A stretch of 64,000 nucleotides of DNA, taken from Rotaria socialis. Its lineage: Eukaryota. Location: NCBI GenBank assembly GCA_905331295.1, contig CAJNYD010000036.1:1-64000 (forward strand), in the 5' to 3' direction. A program made the translations under genes and the position numbers. The notes under the pieces were generated by a model, which was given only the letters and a program-made list of their open reading frames with translations, did no database searches and was not told the DNA's origin. How positions within the stretch are numbered: position 1 is the first letter of the stretch; every line of letters begins with the position of its first letter. Below are positions 12,489 to 26,218 of the stretch, one piece after another.

Positions 12489-12679
12489 AACATTCTAACT
12501 TTATTGTTTTTTGAGTAACTTGTGAAACAATGAATATATCTAGTAGTTTTTGTATCTTGTGTTTGAATAAACATGACTATTGGGTAGATGTCATTTAGTC
12601 CCATTTAAATCCTTTCTCTCGCGAATAAAAACAAGCAACACATTTTTTTGATTTTTTTTTCTTCATAACATTTTATAAA

Positions 12680-13215
12680 ATGGGTAGCTCAAATGAAATT
12701 CCAACAAGAAGAAATATTAGAAACACTCCGGATCAACAGTCAAGTGACACGTAGCTACAAAATGAATTTTATGGGTAATTACAAGCAAATAATGTAAGTA
12801 GTAGGTGATAACTTATTTACTGTTTTATTTAGTAACATTTAACAGCCTGTTCCAATTTCGGACAATTCAAAGAAACGTCATCGTCGCCATCAGAGATTCA
12901 ACGGTCCCAACCATGGTCACCGTCATCATCATGATGTACCTGTTCCACTTACTGCAAACTTACATTCAAGTCCTATTGCTAGAGAACATCCCATTTCTAA
13001 TAGTTCTTATACAAATGACACACCTCATTTAGTACAAAAACCTACTGTTTCTTCGTTTGTTCCAGTAACAAAGACGACTTCTGAGCTTACTCCCTTATTG
13101 GTAACGAATCATGTGGTAAAATCAACTGATAAGAAGTCGATAGATAACTATGGATCAGGCGCATCCGGTAGTAAATGGTATGAACATGATTATGAAAAAC
13201 GAATAAATATTTAAT
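12680..13215 (+). CDS. Small uncharacterised His/Pro/Ser-rich protein; 5' structure uncertain
   Basis: Open exon from cag|CCT (~12846): PVPISDNSKKRHRRHQRFNGPNHGHRHHHDVPVP...GSGASGSKWYEHDYEKRINI*. Upstream gtaag donor at 12794, but the start frame is not clean. Confidence 0.45.
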
Positions 13216-13289
13216 TCTATACATGTAACATTTTTAAATAATAATTAAACATAAATACAGTTTTTATTTCACTTCATTGTCAATTACTA

Positions 13290-13820
13290 GTACATCGTGA
13301 AATATGAATTCTTAGCAGGACAAAAACATGTAATAGTACAACGTAAATATTCCAACTGTTTATTGCTGACGATATCAATACTCAATCATTCGTACATAAC
13401 AATGCATCAATGAATTTAAGACCAGTAGCTAGTTGATTTCTTAATGATCCATGGCAACACAAATGACCTGTCCTCTTACAAGCAACATTGACAGCTTGTT
13501 CAGCTATAAACCAATCTGTTCCAACATCTGTTCCCTGAATAATAACGGTATTCATTAGGTATGATCGACCATTGAATTCACTAGTCCCACGAGAGTGAAA
13601 TATATCCATTAATTATAACTACTCTGGTCAATAGTTTTTTCATTTGGATAAAAAATGATACAAAAGTTTTTAGAGAAAAATATCTTCCCATGAGACTTCA
13701 AATGTTGACCAATCTCATTGAATTGAATTTTTTCTACAACGTATAATAATCAATATTAATCGAAGGTGTGGATGTGATAAGTGAAACAATTATTTGCGTG
13801 ATCATAAATATCTTAGGCAT
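13290..13820 (-). pseudogene. Possible decayed small secreted Cys-rich protein
   Basis: Signal-like MPKIFMITQIIVSLITS, several stops, then ...ACKRTGHLCCHGSLRNQLATGLKFIDALLC and frameshifted LRCTITCFCPAK. Confidence 0.3.
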
Positions 13821-14721
13821 ACTGTCCTTTGTTTTATTCAACTGTCAACATTACTGCTAGACAAGATCGTTGGTCTAATCTCAATAGACACTTGTTGTTT
13901 TCGCATTTCATATTTCATATTTTTAAAGTTGATCTGTATTTTTGAAGAATTATTCCAGTAAAACTTGTTGCAAGATCAATTATTTCTACAAAATATATGT
14001 ATCTAAAAGCAGATTGTCGATGAAAAACAATGGATGATTTTTGCACCAAAAATTTCTATATTAAGTCACCATGTGTTCCACAGCTGACGACGCAAATGCT
14101 AATTTCACAAAATTCAAAACATTGAATAGTACTTGTCAGTAAAATAGTATTTTATTTTCGAGTTATCCAATCAGTAGTAACATCACGGAAAGTATACACG
14201 ATCCATTTCGACGATGAAAAATATTATTATTATTATTTCTTTTGTACAACAAAGTGATGATTGATAGCCATTTAACCTAATTCGTTATTACCCGCAAGTG
14301 GTGCTCATTTTGCAAGTAGCCATTTTATTGAATACTTCATTTCTACTGAATTAATCCTTTTCTTTTCCAATGTGCCTTTACTTTAATTTATCAACTAGAA
14401 AAGAAATAACGTTAAAAGAGAAGATATATTTTAGCATAATAAAGAAAAACATTTGATACAACACAACAAATAATTCAGAACCTATTAAAGGATTTTTCTT
14501 TTTTTCCTGTATATATGTTATAATTTTGATTACAAGTTAATAGCGAATATAAATATACAATAAAAGAAGAAAAACAAGCTGATTGGAATTTAAAACTAAT
14601 TAAAGTAAAAGAAAGAAAAAAACCAAAACAAAGCGATGGAATGACTATAAGAACGTTTGTCTTCAACAAGAGCACCCGTATATTAACTGTAGATAAGGAA
14701 AACAAAACAAATTAATTCACT

Positions 14722-17700
14722 TTAATCATCGTTATCACCAGTTGTATTCTGAAAGTTTTTATTCGCCATCATTTGTTCCCATCTTTGTGACATATCTAGC
14801 TTTTTTCCAGGACGAACCAACGGAGCTTGAGCTTTCTAAAACACAGAAACAAAATAAAATTTTCAGCACATATCAAAAGCTGTTTACTTCGTTTTCGTTT
14901 TTTTTCAATCGTTCTATTTTATCAAAATAATGTTCTTTGTCTTCTCCACGTTCATCTTGTAATACATTGCCTGAATCACTATTCACTGCTGGATTAACGG
15001 ACGATGAAGCACCACTAATTGAATGACGTTGTTTTCTAAAATTAAATGAATACTTCTAACTGTAATATAGTGCGTCTTTCTTTCATTCACAAGTTCATAT
15101 AGGCAAAAAAATAAACTTTACCTTTGCAATTTTCTTTCTGAGTAAATAAAATTTTCAATTTTTTACAAAAATATATTCTTTTATTATTGCTAAGCTATTC
15201 AATATATGAGTTATAATAATAGGATAAAGTTATTTTGATAAAATTCTTTATCAAATATGAATTTACGTGAATATGAAAAGTTAGTTTACCTTAGTTCTTG
15301 TTCTCTTTCTCGACATTCACGTTTTTCTAATTCAAGCCGATCAGATGATGATAGTTTCGAATAATCCGTCGATTTATTTGATGCACTTATAATAGGTGCG
15401 GTTGGATTAGGACTTGGAAATTTACCACGAATAGATGAAACAGCTAAAACAATAACATCATCAGTAAATAAAACAATCGAAAAGATTTCTTACATGAACT
15501 AGTAGCAATTGGTTTTGCTTTCAAAGGTCCATTTGACACTGGCGTCAAAGGTCCATTCGTTCGTCCACTGTCTCTTCTTACTTTTTGAGTTGAAAGCACA
15601 TTAGTTGATTGGCTTTTTGGTAACACGGAAACAAATTCTTGATATTTTCTCGGATCTGAATGATCATCACTCGTATGTTGTATTCGACCTGATTCACGTA
15701 ATTCAACTTCTTTAGCACGTATGGCTTCAATTTCACGTTGAATTATATTATTAGTAGTTTGTGCTGAGAGAATATTTTGATTTGATGCTGAACGATGAAT
15801 TAAATTATTTGTTGAACTTGTACGAATAAGTGGCACACCATTATTATTAAAACGATTCAATTCTTGTGAAACTACATTAGACATTGGTTTACGTTCATCG
15901 TTGGGTGATGTTCCATGAGAATCATAAACAATATTATGTAATGCTATTGTTGAACGACGTGGTGATGTTAATTCATTGGGTGAATTATGTGCTTTGGATG
16001 TAAAGAAATCTAAATTTGATAAAAACGAACTATTTTTAGCAGGTTGTTTAGCCGATGTTGATGAATCAGGTTTATTTAAATCATTATTTGAAACTGTTAA
16101 TAACGAAGATAAATCTTCAGCTAGACCACATTTTTTACGTTGTCGTTTCAATTCTTCTTCTTTTTCTTTTGTTTCACGAATTTCACGAGCTATTAAAGTC
16201 TCTGAATAATAACCATTGGGTATGATAACTGGTGATGACGATAACGAATCAGCTCCAGGCCGAATGATCTGGTCAGTATTACTACGACGCATGTTACTAC
16301 CATAAGGTTGCGTTTGATGAACATGTTCAGGCTAAAATCGTTAGACAATGAGTTAAAAATAATAGAGCTTATAGAATAAGTAAGTATGTCTTTAGAATAC
16401 GTTTTGAAATTTTCATCGGACAAAATACGTATATGAACAAAAAATGCTAGATCCGAAATAAGAAAAACCTAACGACCAAATTGTTAAACATTGTGTGTTT
16501 ACTAGCTGCTAATATGAAGTTTGATGAATTTTTCTATTTTAAACTAGTGAATAAGAATTCGTGTCGAATTTTGTTTTGCTATTAATGGTTAATACTAACT
16601 TGAGGATATGTTTGATCCCATCGGCCACGAACAGATTTAGTCTGATTCTCTGTCATCGATTTTCTAACAAAAACTCAAGCATCCATAAGGGATGAGCATC
16701 GAACTAGAGTCTCTCTTACTCACACGTATGACAGCCTCCAGCTTTTTATTTTATCAAGGACCATAAATACATAGGGTAATATTAATCTAGTCTAGAACAA
16801 ATCTCATATTGATATACTCAATGTTGTCATACGTGTGCTATTTTTTTTTTATTATAAAAACGATCATTTTTCATACCTGTTTGTCTTCGATGACAACATC
16901 TTTTGTTCCAACAACATGCTCTGAATATTTATTCATACTTGGAGAATCTTGATATGATGGTCGTCGATTTGCCGTTGGTGTTGTTTGTTGTGGACTAACA
17001 GGTATATTACGTTTTAAACTCCCATAACTAATTGGTACTTTTTTATGTTGTTGTTGTTGTTGCCTAGCTTCAGCGACATGTAATAAATGTTCACTTGATT
17101 GTGTCAATGTTTTATTTGTATCGGAAATTTTCTGTTCAAATAATGCTTTTATATTTGATGTATTTATTTGTATTGAAGCTCGATCGTCAATTTTTTCGTT
17201 ATAACGTGCATCAATATGTTTCTTGATTTGTTCTTGTTCTGAATTATTATTTGATTTCACTGTATGAAATGATTCACGTTCTTCTCGGTCACTATTTGCT
17301 GATGGTATGGAAGAAAAACTTTGATCTTCAGAACGTGAAGGTGATGCCAATGGTTGATTTACAATTGCAGTAGTTTTCGATGGTTCTTGTTTTTTAGTTA
17401 TTGGTGGCTGAGTTAAATGAACAGCTGATGATAGAAGAGATGCAAATTCGTTTATACGAGCTTTATTAATTGGTTTAGCCGCTGGTGGTGGTTCAGTTTT
17501 TGGTAATTGATAATCGACGTCTGCTTTCGGTAATTGATTATCAACTTCTGTTGTCAGTAATTGATTATCAACTTCTGCTTCGTCGTTTGTTGGAAGTTTT
17601 TTAATTGTTTGAACGATTTCATTTAGTGCAGAATTTTTAGTTGGCGATGACACTGGCGGAATCTCGTCTAAACAAAAATATTCACTTATCAAGCATTAAG

Positions 17701-20700
17701 TATTGTCTCAAGATGTATATAAAATTCATTGAAGTGTCGATACTCAATAAAAATAGATGAGACAGTGGCACTACTAAGTTGACACGTACCACATTGTCCA
17801 TTAGTTAGGTCAGCGATCCTCGCAAGAGACAAAGAATAAAATAATGAACAATCTGTTGCGTTTTCGTCATACACACACATCGGAGATTAAAATAGAAACA
17901 ACTAAGATAAATTGTTCAATAAACAAAAGACGAAAAGAAAAGGTGGACTAACTCGTCTTCCGAAAAGAATTGAACCACCTTCGGTCTAACCTCCTCTTCA
18001 TTTCTATTCTTTTCATCCCGGAAGAAGAATGTCAATGCGAAGCCGAGAGATTAAATAAACACCGCACGACAATTAGGGTGTTACATCAGATAACAAATGA
18101 AATAAAATAACATAATAAAACAATCGTTTTGAAAACAAAAGAAAATCTCCTTCTACTTAAGCATTTATATATCCTATAAACAACACTAGATATAAAGAAA
18201 TATATATATATATATTGATTGAAAAACGTAATCATGAAAATATTCAACAGAGAGTGAAAGAAAAGAAAGGATTTGTAATCAATGCAAACTATTGATATTT
18301 ATCACGAAATCTCTCAAGAGAAGTAAACGGGGTTCACTTGTATTTTGTAATCAAAAAATGAAGGTTATTTTTCATTAGAAATAACGAGTTCTCATTTATA
18401 TATTTACGAATCTCTATATATGTAGAATATAATTTCAAACTTGTATATATATATATATAAATCTTTTTTACTTTCATTGCTAACTAATACAGATAGTTTT
18501 TTATTGTGCAAAAATAGTGAATTATTCGTTTTGAAACATTTTTTCTACCTCTTTTGCTTCTCTCTTCTTAGAATAATAATGAAATTTTTCTTTTTCTTTT
18601 AATATTACCTTTGCTGGATGTAGATGATGCTGGTGATGAATGAATTGATTGATGTTGGATTGGTGATGTAGATCGTATTTTTTTTCCTTCAATTGAGTCT
18701 GAACTTGAACTATTATTGTTATTATTATTTTCATAAGACGAAACAGATGATAAACTATCATCTAGTAAATTTTTCGTATTTTTATCATTATGATTTGTAT
18801 TTGAATTCGATAATGGGACTACTGGCGTAGAAAATAAATCTAGTAAATCAGCAGATTGCTCAGATTGAGATGGAAGTGGAGGAGATTTTGATCGAACATC
18901 ACGTAAGAGTATAAATGGTCCTTGAGATTCTTCTTTGTTCCATGATAATCTGGACGATGATGTTATTTCATCATGTTCTTGTTCATGTTCGCTTTCATGT
19001 TCATGTTCGTGTTCTTGTTCTTGTTCTTGTTCTTGTTCTTGTTCTTGTTCTTGTTCTTGTTCTTGCTGTTGCTCATCATCGTGCTCATTTTCTGACAGAG
19101 ATGGCGTCGAAATCGAGGATGTAATCGATGATGAACGTTCTTCTTTTTTTGGAGAATCTATATGAAGCAATTGATTTTCGCAGGTTATACTTCGTTAAGG
19201 GTAAACTATTTCATTTTGAACTCGATAGGTTCTATCGAAAAGGGAAAAGTAATATAATCCTTCTTATATTTTAATAGTTTATTAATATAGAATTTTTAGT
19301 CAACATCTGTTCACAGTGTACCTTTGGGGGGGGGGGGGGGGGGGGNATATTTTGTCTAAAACATCTGTCTATTCATTCTTTTTATAATCTTGAGTGTTAT
19401 ACATAGATCTAAACTTATTGATGTTTTATATACATCCAACTGACAGCAACTTGTTGAAACAGATGCTTTATTGCTTAGTTTATTTATTTTTTCATCAAAA
19501 TTCAAATTTTGAAAAGAACAGTTAACTCAAGGTGTTTCTTTTTTTTCTCATGACGTTTCTCTTACTGTAATTATTATTTTTTTCATAATCCGATGAAGTT
19601 TTTCGTTGTTCTTCTGATTTTTCTTCATAACTATTGGCTGTCGATGATGTTGATTTATCTTTTGGTACAAGCGTTAAAACTCCATCAACTATTTCTAATA
19701 TACATTCTTGTTCATCCATTTGTATAATTTCAATATTTTTATTAAGGTTTTTATTTAATAAATCTTGAATAGGAATTAATGATGATTGATGATGAATTAA
19801 ATAAAAACTGTTTGTCTTTTGACTTGTTGATGGTGCATCTAAAACATAATCATCGCTATTCGAATGGATCAATACAGGTATGCTAGAAAGAAAAACGTGT
19901 CTGTGTGTGTGTGTCGGCATGATTCAATACACAACTCAAAGGAAGAAAGAGCAGAGAGAAGAAAAACACAGTATTGGTAAATCAAATATCAGTGCGTAGC
20001 AATGACATCATTCGTTTCGAGGAGTTCAACAAGTTGCTGTCAGTTGGATGTATATAAAACATCAATAAGTTTAGATCTATGTATAACACTCAAGATTATA
20101 AAAAGAATGAATAGACAGATGTTTTAGACAAAATATATACCTATAGTGATTAGTCACTTTCATAGAAATGAAAAGGAAAAGAAGAAAAACACACTCTGGT
20201 GTTTTTTGCGTACAAATTATTTTCTTGTTGATCGAAATATAGGTAGATTAGGCTTTGTCATATATCGGTCTATTTATATAAGCAGCAAAGAGAAGAAATT
20301 AGATGCACCCTTGGATTTTTTTTACCTGAAAAATATACGCAAACAACAACATCAATCTTGCGTTGATTGTTTTGTCTTGCTGTCTCTCTTCTTTTTTTTC
20401 CTCTCTCCTTTTTTTTTTATCGAAAAAAGGAGAGAGAGAGAGAGACAGAATAGGATCACGACTGACGACTGACGTTGTAAGAGGACGGCCGTCGTCATGG
20501 TCGTTTGCATTTCAACCGCCGACAAAAGAAAAGGAATGAAACTTCTGCTGCTGCCAATAGTGTGCATAAAAGATTCTTTTCTACATAAATATATATTACC
20601 ATACCTTTATCATACGTGTTGGTTGTTTTTAACAATGGTGACAGAATTGATTTATCAGCTTTGGTCGAATGAGGATCATTATTCAATTGTAGAAATTCAT

Positions 20701-23700
20701 AAGAGACTGATTCACCGTTCTTATTTTCACTTTTATTACAACTGCAATAAAAAAAAAAGAGAAGATAATGAAAGATTAACGAATCTACGCATAAATCATG
20801 AATTCAAATGAATGAGTCAATTTTCTATGTGAGTCATCGTGTAGCGAAAATTTTTGCAGAAAAAAAGGCATTTTTTTTACATACTCTACAGAATTCTTGT
20901 GTAATAACATTGTAGTTCCTGTTTGAACACGTGTCGTGATGTTCACGTTGCCGTTTATAAAAGCAGAAGGTGTAATCGTGCCATCAACTAGAACAATAGT
21001 AACCGATGAACTCAAAATTTTCGTGTTCTTCTTTTGATATTTATATATGTATATATAAATTCTATACTATGTAAAATTGAATCAAGCAAATAAAGAACGA
21101 GAGCATATTTACATCAAAGTATATCGTAGTTATTATAAAGTAATCACTGTCTCATAATACGTATTTGTTAAGATGAAAATGTCTTATAGTCTTACCTTGA
21201 TCATATGCTGGCGACGAACGTATCCAATTTTCACGTTGTTTGCAACGAACTTTTGTTATTGAAATAGCCTCTTGACGTAATGTTGAACTTGTATTATTGA
21301 GATCATCATTTACAGAACTATTTCGTATAGCATCCGATGAATATCTATGCAGACAAAGCAACTTATCAAATTCGATTTATATTTTATACCATATAGATAT
21401 CAAAAGATTATGTAAGTGTCTTTCATATAGAGCTAAGTATGCGTCGATATTTTGAAGATGCAACTAATCTTCTACTTCAAATTCGATTTAATTTATGTTT
21501 ATTTTAGATAGTAAATTTAACTATTTCATCGTTGTTATTTCGAGAATAAATAGTCTGAGACATATCAAGGTTACGTGAAATTATTCACTGAAGAAATATA
21601 TTTATTTTAAGTCATGGTATGTTAGTTACGATCTACTGCTATGAGCAAAAGAGTTCACTAATTATTCTGAGATATGTAAAAAAAAAAAGCTTCTCTTTCT
21701 CGTAGAACATGTTTTACTACGAGTAGAACCATATCGTTAGACTCAGTGGATGGCTCCTTATCAAGATAGTAGAATATTTCGTATGTATGTGATAAGATGA
21801 CATAAGAAAAGTCACATTCATTGAATAGAATGTCTTTAAGCAAAATAGATGGAATATTACTGTCGGACTTTGTTTTAAAACACTCACGTTTTGACGATTC
21901 TATTTGACAACCTGAAAAAAAATATAGGATCTTTGACTGCGTTGAATAGTTCCTATGTATATAAAGTGACTCTTAAATGTACGTATGTTTGCATGATTTT
22001 ATCTATACTCATGAGAAGAATTGTCAAATGAACTGCTTTTTATTTTATTTAATTCACTATATATGTCTTCTCCATTTACAATTCACTTATAGTTAACAAG
22101 TGAAATAAGACCTTGATTTCAAATGTCCATGAACTATTAATAGTATTCACGAAAAAAAAAGCAGTGAAATATCAATATATTTTCTAGTACAGAAGGTTAA
22201 AGATTGTACTACAGAGAATGAAATAAAAAAAAAATGACTAACAAGGTGCATGTCTTTTCCTAGTAGTGACCTGATCTATGTGTTTTCTTTTCTAACATGA
22301 GAAGGAAAAAAAGAAAGAAAAATGGAACGATCAATGTCTATTCATTGTACTATAAGTGGTCATGATTCTATTCAATGTTCGCTTCTTTCTAAACATCTAG
22401 TGAACAAAAATGATTTAATTGAACTTTTTCTTGTATCCGTTAACGCCTTTAATAGGATGTGTTGAAGAAAAAGAAAATGAAAAGAACGAATTTTATACTG
22501 CTTATTGCATCACTCATATACGTAGTTGGCACTGTTCTAGTATTAGTTATTATCGGCACGAAGGAGTTCTTTTGTACGTTGATTTCTATGTACATTATAC
22601 GACAACGAACGAAACAAATGATGAAAAATTATATGTCACCATTTGCAAAAGTGATTGTACAGCCATGCATTTAGAAATCAGTTCAGCGAATATATATATG
22701 TGTACGTATATATTGAACAATGATCCTGTATTTCAAATAGATTGACATTTTATGTGTTAAAATTAGTCGGCTATTTATATTATAAACGATTCATTGATAT
22801 AGGAGATTGTTTTCTTATAGTAACATGAGAATATATATATGTTCATGTAAGTTATTAGTGATGTTTACAACTTTGATCTCTTGAGATCGGAGTTGAAATA
22901 AAAATATTTTTCTTATAATTAAAAAATAAAAATCTATTTTTCGATATAAAATAACCAAGAGAATACTTAGAAACAAATATCTATGGAATCAAACATATAT
23001 AAGATAAATCTTATTTCCCATGTGTTTTTGTTCCCAAAGTTCCTTTTTGAATAGCCTTGATTTAAAAAAAAATAAGTAAACTAACCTTAAATCATCTGAA
23101 TATTGTGATTCATCGGAAAGCATTCCATCATGTTGTCCAGTGTCAAACAATCTAGTGGACTCAAAATGTTCATCTTCATGATCATATTCTTCTTCAACTT
23201 CAGTTTCACTTTCATTATTCATCATTGCTAACTGATCAATTGCTTTTTGTTGATCTACTATAAAATAATCATCATCATCATCATAATCATCTTCTTCGTC
23301 TCCTTCTTGTTCATTTGTTCTCTTTGTCTCTTGTTTATTCAGTTGTTCACCGGTAAAAGTCATAGGACAATGATTGTCTTGCATAGACGATGTCATCGAT
23401 GAAATTAACGAGGTAATGTCTACATGTGACCTTATCTTATTATTTTGTTCAGAATAATAAGCAACATTGTCATAGGCGGATAAAGTCTGCTCATCATCCT
23501 TTTCTTGTGACTTTATGATTGTACATTTTGTTGCATATACTAAGCCAGTAAAATTAAGGTCACTTGGAGTTAAATTAATGTTTATTGGCATAATCGCTTC
23601 ATTAATAATCTTGGTATTTACTTTTCTAATAGAACAAAAGAGAAAAAGAAGAAGAAGAAGATTGCTGGTAAATGATCTTTCAAAAGAATTCGATTCTTTC

Positions 23701-24953
23701 GTTGTTGATAGACAGTATCAAGTTTTATTCATGCAATGAACTATCAGAATCATATAATTAGTATTAAATTCTATTAAAAGATCTAGAACATATTAACTAG
23801 AAAACTAACACTAAATACTACCGATAATAAACCTCATCGATTTTGTAAACGAAAAATAATAATGAACGTTAACGATTGAAAAACAGAGAAAAAAGACAGC
23901 TACTAATCCAAGTTACTGTATTGTGCTAAGACATTATTAAAAGGTCAATTAAATCGTCTATTTCATGTATCTGAATCTCACGTAAGAGAAAACTGACTAT
24001 TCTGTTCACAGGAAAAAAACGATTAATTTACATAAAGACAAAGAACTGACTATTTCAATAGACTCTATCAATGAATAATTACTTAATGTTCTATCAACAT
24101 GATCTATGATAGAATTCATGAAAATATTCCCGATCCATTCTAACTAGTTAATAACCAAATGAAAATCGGTAAGATATATTGAAAATCTTCACCATCAACT
24201 TACGATACAGGAGGATTTTCATTATTGTTCTGATATTGTTGAATATTGAATGAAATTGATTCTGAAATATCATCTGCATCGGAATGAATAATAGCTGTAT
24301 CAGAACAAACACTTGCATCTTGTTCTATAGTATTTAACGTTTTTGTTAAATTTGATGTAACAGTTGTAAAAGATGAAATATCATCTAATCTACTTATTTC
24401 TTCAGCGTACAAATAAGTATTATCATAATCAAAACTATTTGTTTGTTCTTCTGAAAAACTTGTCAATGCTGCTATAGCCATGGTTGAATGATTTGAAAGA
24501 GAATAACTTTCGATCCTCTTTGCTAATGAAGAACAATATTGATTGAATTGATTTTTATCAATTGACGAGATAAGATTTTCAGAATTATTAATAAAACTTT
24601 TATTTATTGCATTTGAAATTTCCTTAGTGAAAAATGTTCGTTCAAGAACAGATTGTAAAGTTTCACTGGACGATGAAGAATCTGAAGATAGTATGAAGAA
24701 CAACTAGTAAAATTGCATCTACGGAATATATATTTCTTACCTATATTATCTTCTAATCGATTTTTTTGAAACAATTTAATCCGTTCTTGATTATTATATA
24801 ATGAATATGTTGGTCGTTCTAATAAAAATTGCATATCTTCTACTTTTGAATAACAAACTAATGATAATGATGGTAATGTCCGATATATTTCTCTATCATT
24901 ATCATCGGGACATGTATAGTGTCCAATTAAAATATTGGACAGTTTGAACAAAT
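14722..24953 (-). CDS. Large low-complexity AKAP2/PALM2/MISP-like protein (AKAP2_C-type C-terminus), many exons; start not resolved
   Basis: Repeated 'IAREIRETKEKEEELKRQR', 'IQREIEAIRAKEVELRE', 'LELEKRECREREQELR' motifs and terminal 'RPGKKLDMSQRWEQMM...DD*' resemble the AKAP2/MISP C-terminus. Phase-consistent exons at ~24741-24953, 24203-24683, 23086-23625, 21196-21344, 19566-19882, 18609-19231, 16876-17667, 15494-16330, 15289-15443, 14888-15035, 14722-14835. Confidence 0.65.
18973..19066 (-). repeat. Coding hexamer microsatellite (GAACAA)n encoding (EQ)n/(EH)n
   Basis: Tandem gttctt units on + strand within ORF 18568..19170; gives spurious (CS)n and (VL)n ORFs on the opposite strand. Confidence 0.95.
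19347..20136. repeat. Perfect 112-bp inverted repeat (arms 19347-19458 and 20025-20136) enclosing an exon
   Basis: atattttgtctaaaacatctg...gcaacttgttgaa is the exact reverse complement of ttcaacaagttgc...gttttagacaaaatat. The left arm abuts the G20+N junction. Confidence 0.95.
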
Positions 24954-25726
24954 CTACAGGTTGTCACATTAAGATATCTATCTAAATGTTTCTCTCGCAT
25001 ACAATCGTCATGTATACTTCTTCATGTTTTTGAGTTATGTCAAATTGAAACGATTTTGAACGTATAATTTATCACGCGCATTGAAACTTAGCACATACTA
25101 CATAACAACTAATATCCGTCAATCGCTATTGCACGAGAGATGATATAAAATAGAAAAGCAACAAATTATCCGCATGAACGTAAGAAATAAAAATGCAATT
25201 ATATCAAAGATCGATATGCAAAGTGACGTATTATCATTTGGATTTGCGAATAAAGAGATTATTAAAATAAATTTCAAAAGATTAATTTTTTTTATATTTT
25301 AAAATAAAATAAATTTGAAAAATTCTATAAATCATCATTCTTGAACATACTCCTTTTTTTCTTTAATGTGTGTCTATTTTTTTTTTGATAATAGTAAAGT
25401 TATTTTTTCTCATCTACATAGGTATAAAGCATATGTAGAAGGTATCAATAGTTTCTTTTCTTCTTAAATTTACATCCATTACAGATCAAACTTGATAATT
25501 TTATCATAAACTGATTTCAATGAAGAATATAGCTACTGATATAGTTAATCTAAGTTGCACAGCTTCTTTGATATTTTAGAAATTTCCACATGAAACACTA
25601 CCATTGGAATGCTATTTCTTTTTCCCCTTCTTTTTCTTTTGTTCTGAAAGATAAAATTCTTTTGTTAATCATATCTATATTATAAATATATGCGGAGACG
25701 AGCATAAAAGAATACTTTCATAAAAC

Positions 25727-26218
25727 ACGGAAAATATTCGTCTTATACTTATTCTTCTGCATGCTTTAATTACAATTTTGTTAATATGTAATCTTTATTC
25801 TTATTCATCTCGTGTCGAAAATTCATCAAAACATAAAAAGCAATCGTCATTAATTATTACTTATATTAGCGATATATTTCGTATATCACTTTATCATTCG
25901 TTATGTGTCATTGCTATATTATTTAGCCGTCGGTATGGTGCTGGAATGATATATGGAACAGGAATATTGTTAATTGGAGAATTATTACAAACTACTATCA
26001 TGATCATTTGACAAATCATTGAAAAACATGATATTGGTATTGGACAACTATTGCTTTATTCTATTAATTTATGTGTAATATTGGCAACCATGATACTTGC
26101 GTTTCGATTAGCAAAGAAAATTTTCAAACATCAAAAAGATTTAATGCAAGTAGAATTACTAGCAACAAGTGTTAGTGAAGTATCTATGAGCGGCGAAGGA
26201 GAATTTTCAATTGTTTAA
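25727..26218 (+). pseudogene. Intronless 4-TM membrane protein gene with ACG at the expected start and an in-frame TGA
   Basis: Frame reads (ACG)ENIRLILILLHALITILLIC...TTIMII-TGA(26009-26011)-QIIEKHDIGIGQLLLYSINLCVILATMILAFRLAKKIFKHQK...EFSIV*. Four hydrophobic segments; TATAAATA at 25681. Confidence 0.7.

Noticed and set aside
18915..19165. (CS)n and (VL)n ORFs that look metallothionein-like or transmembrane
   Set aside because: Antisense shadows of the (GAACAA)n EQ-coding microsatellite.
19326..19346. G20 run as a G-quadruplex or telomere-like element
   Set aside because: Ends in an N at a contig join; typical sequencing/assembly artefact.
26009..26011. In-frame TGA as selenocysteine
   Set aside because: No redox motif context or evident SECIS; the start codon is also mutated, so CGA/TGG->TGA pseudogenisation is simpler.
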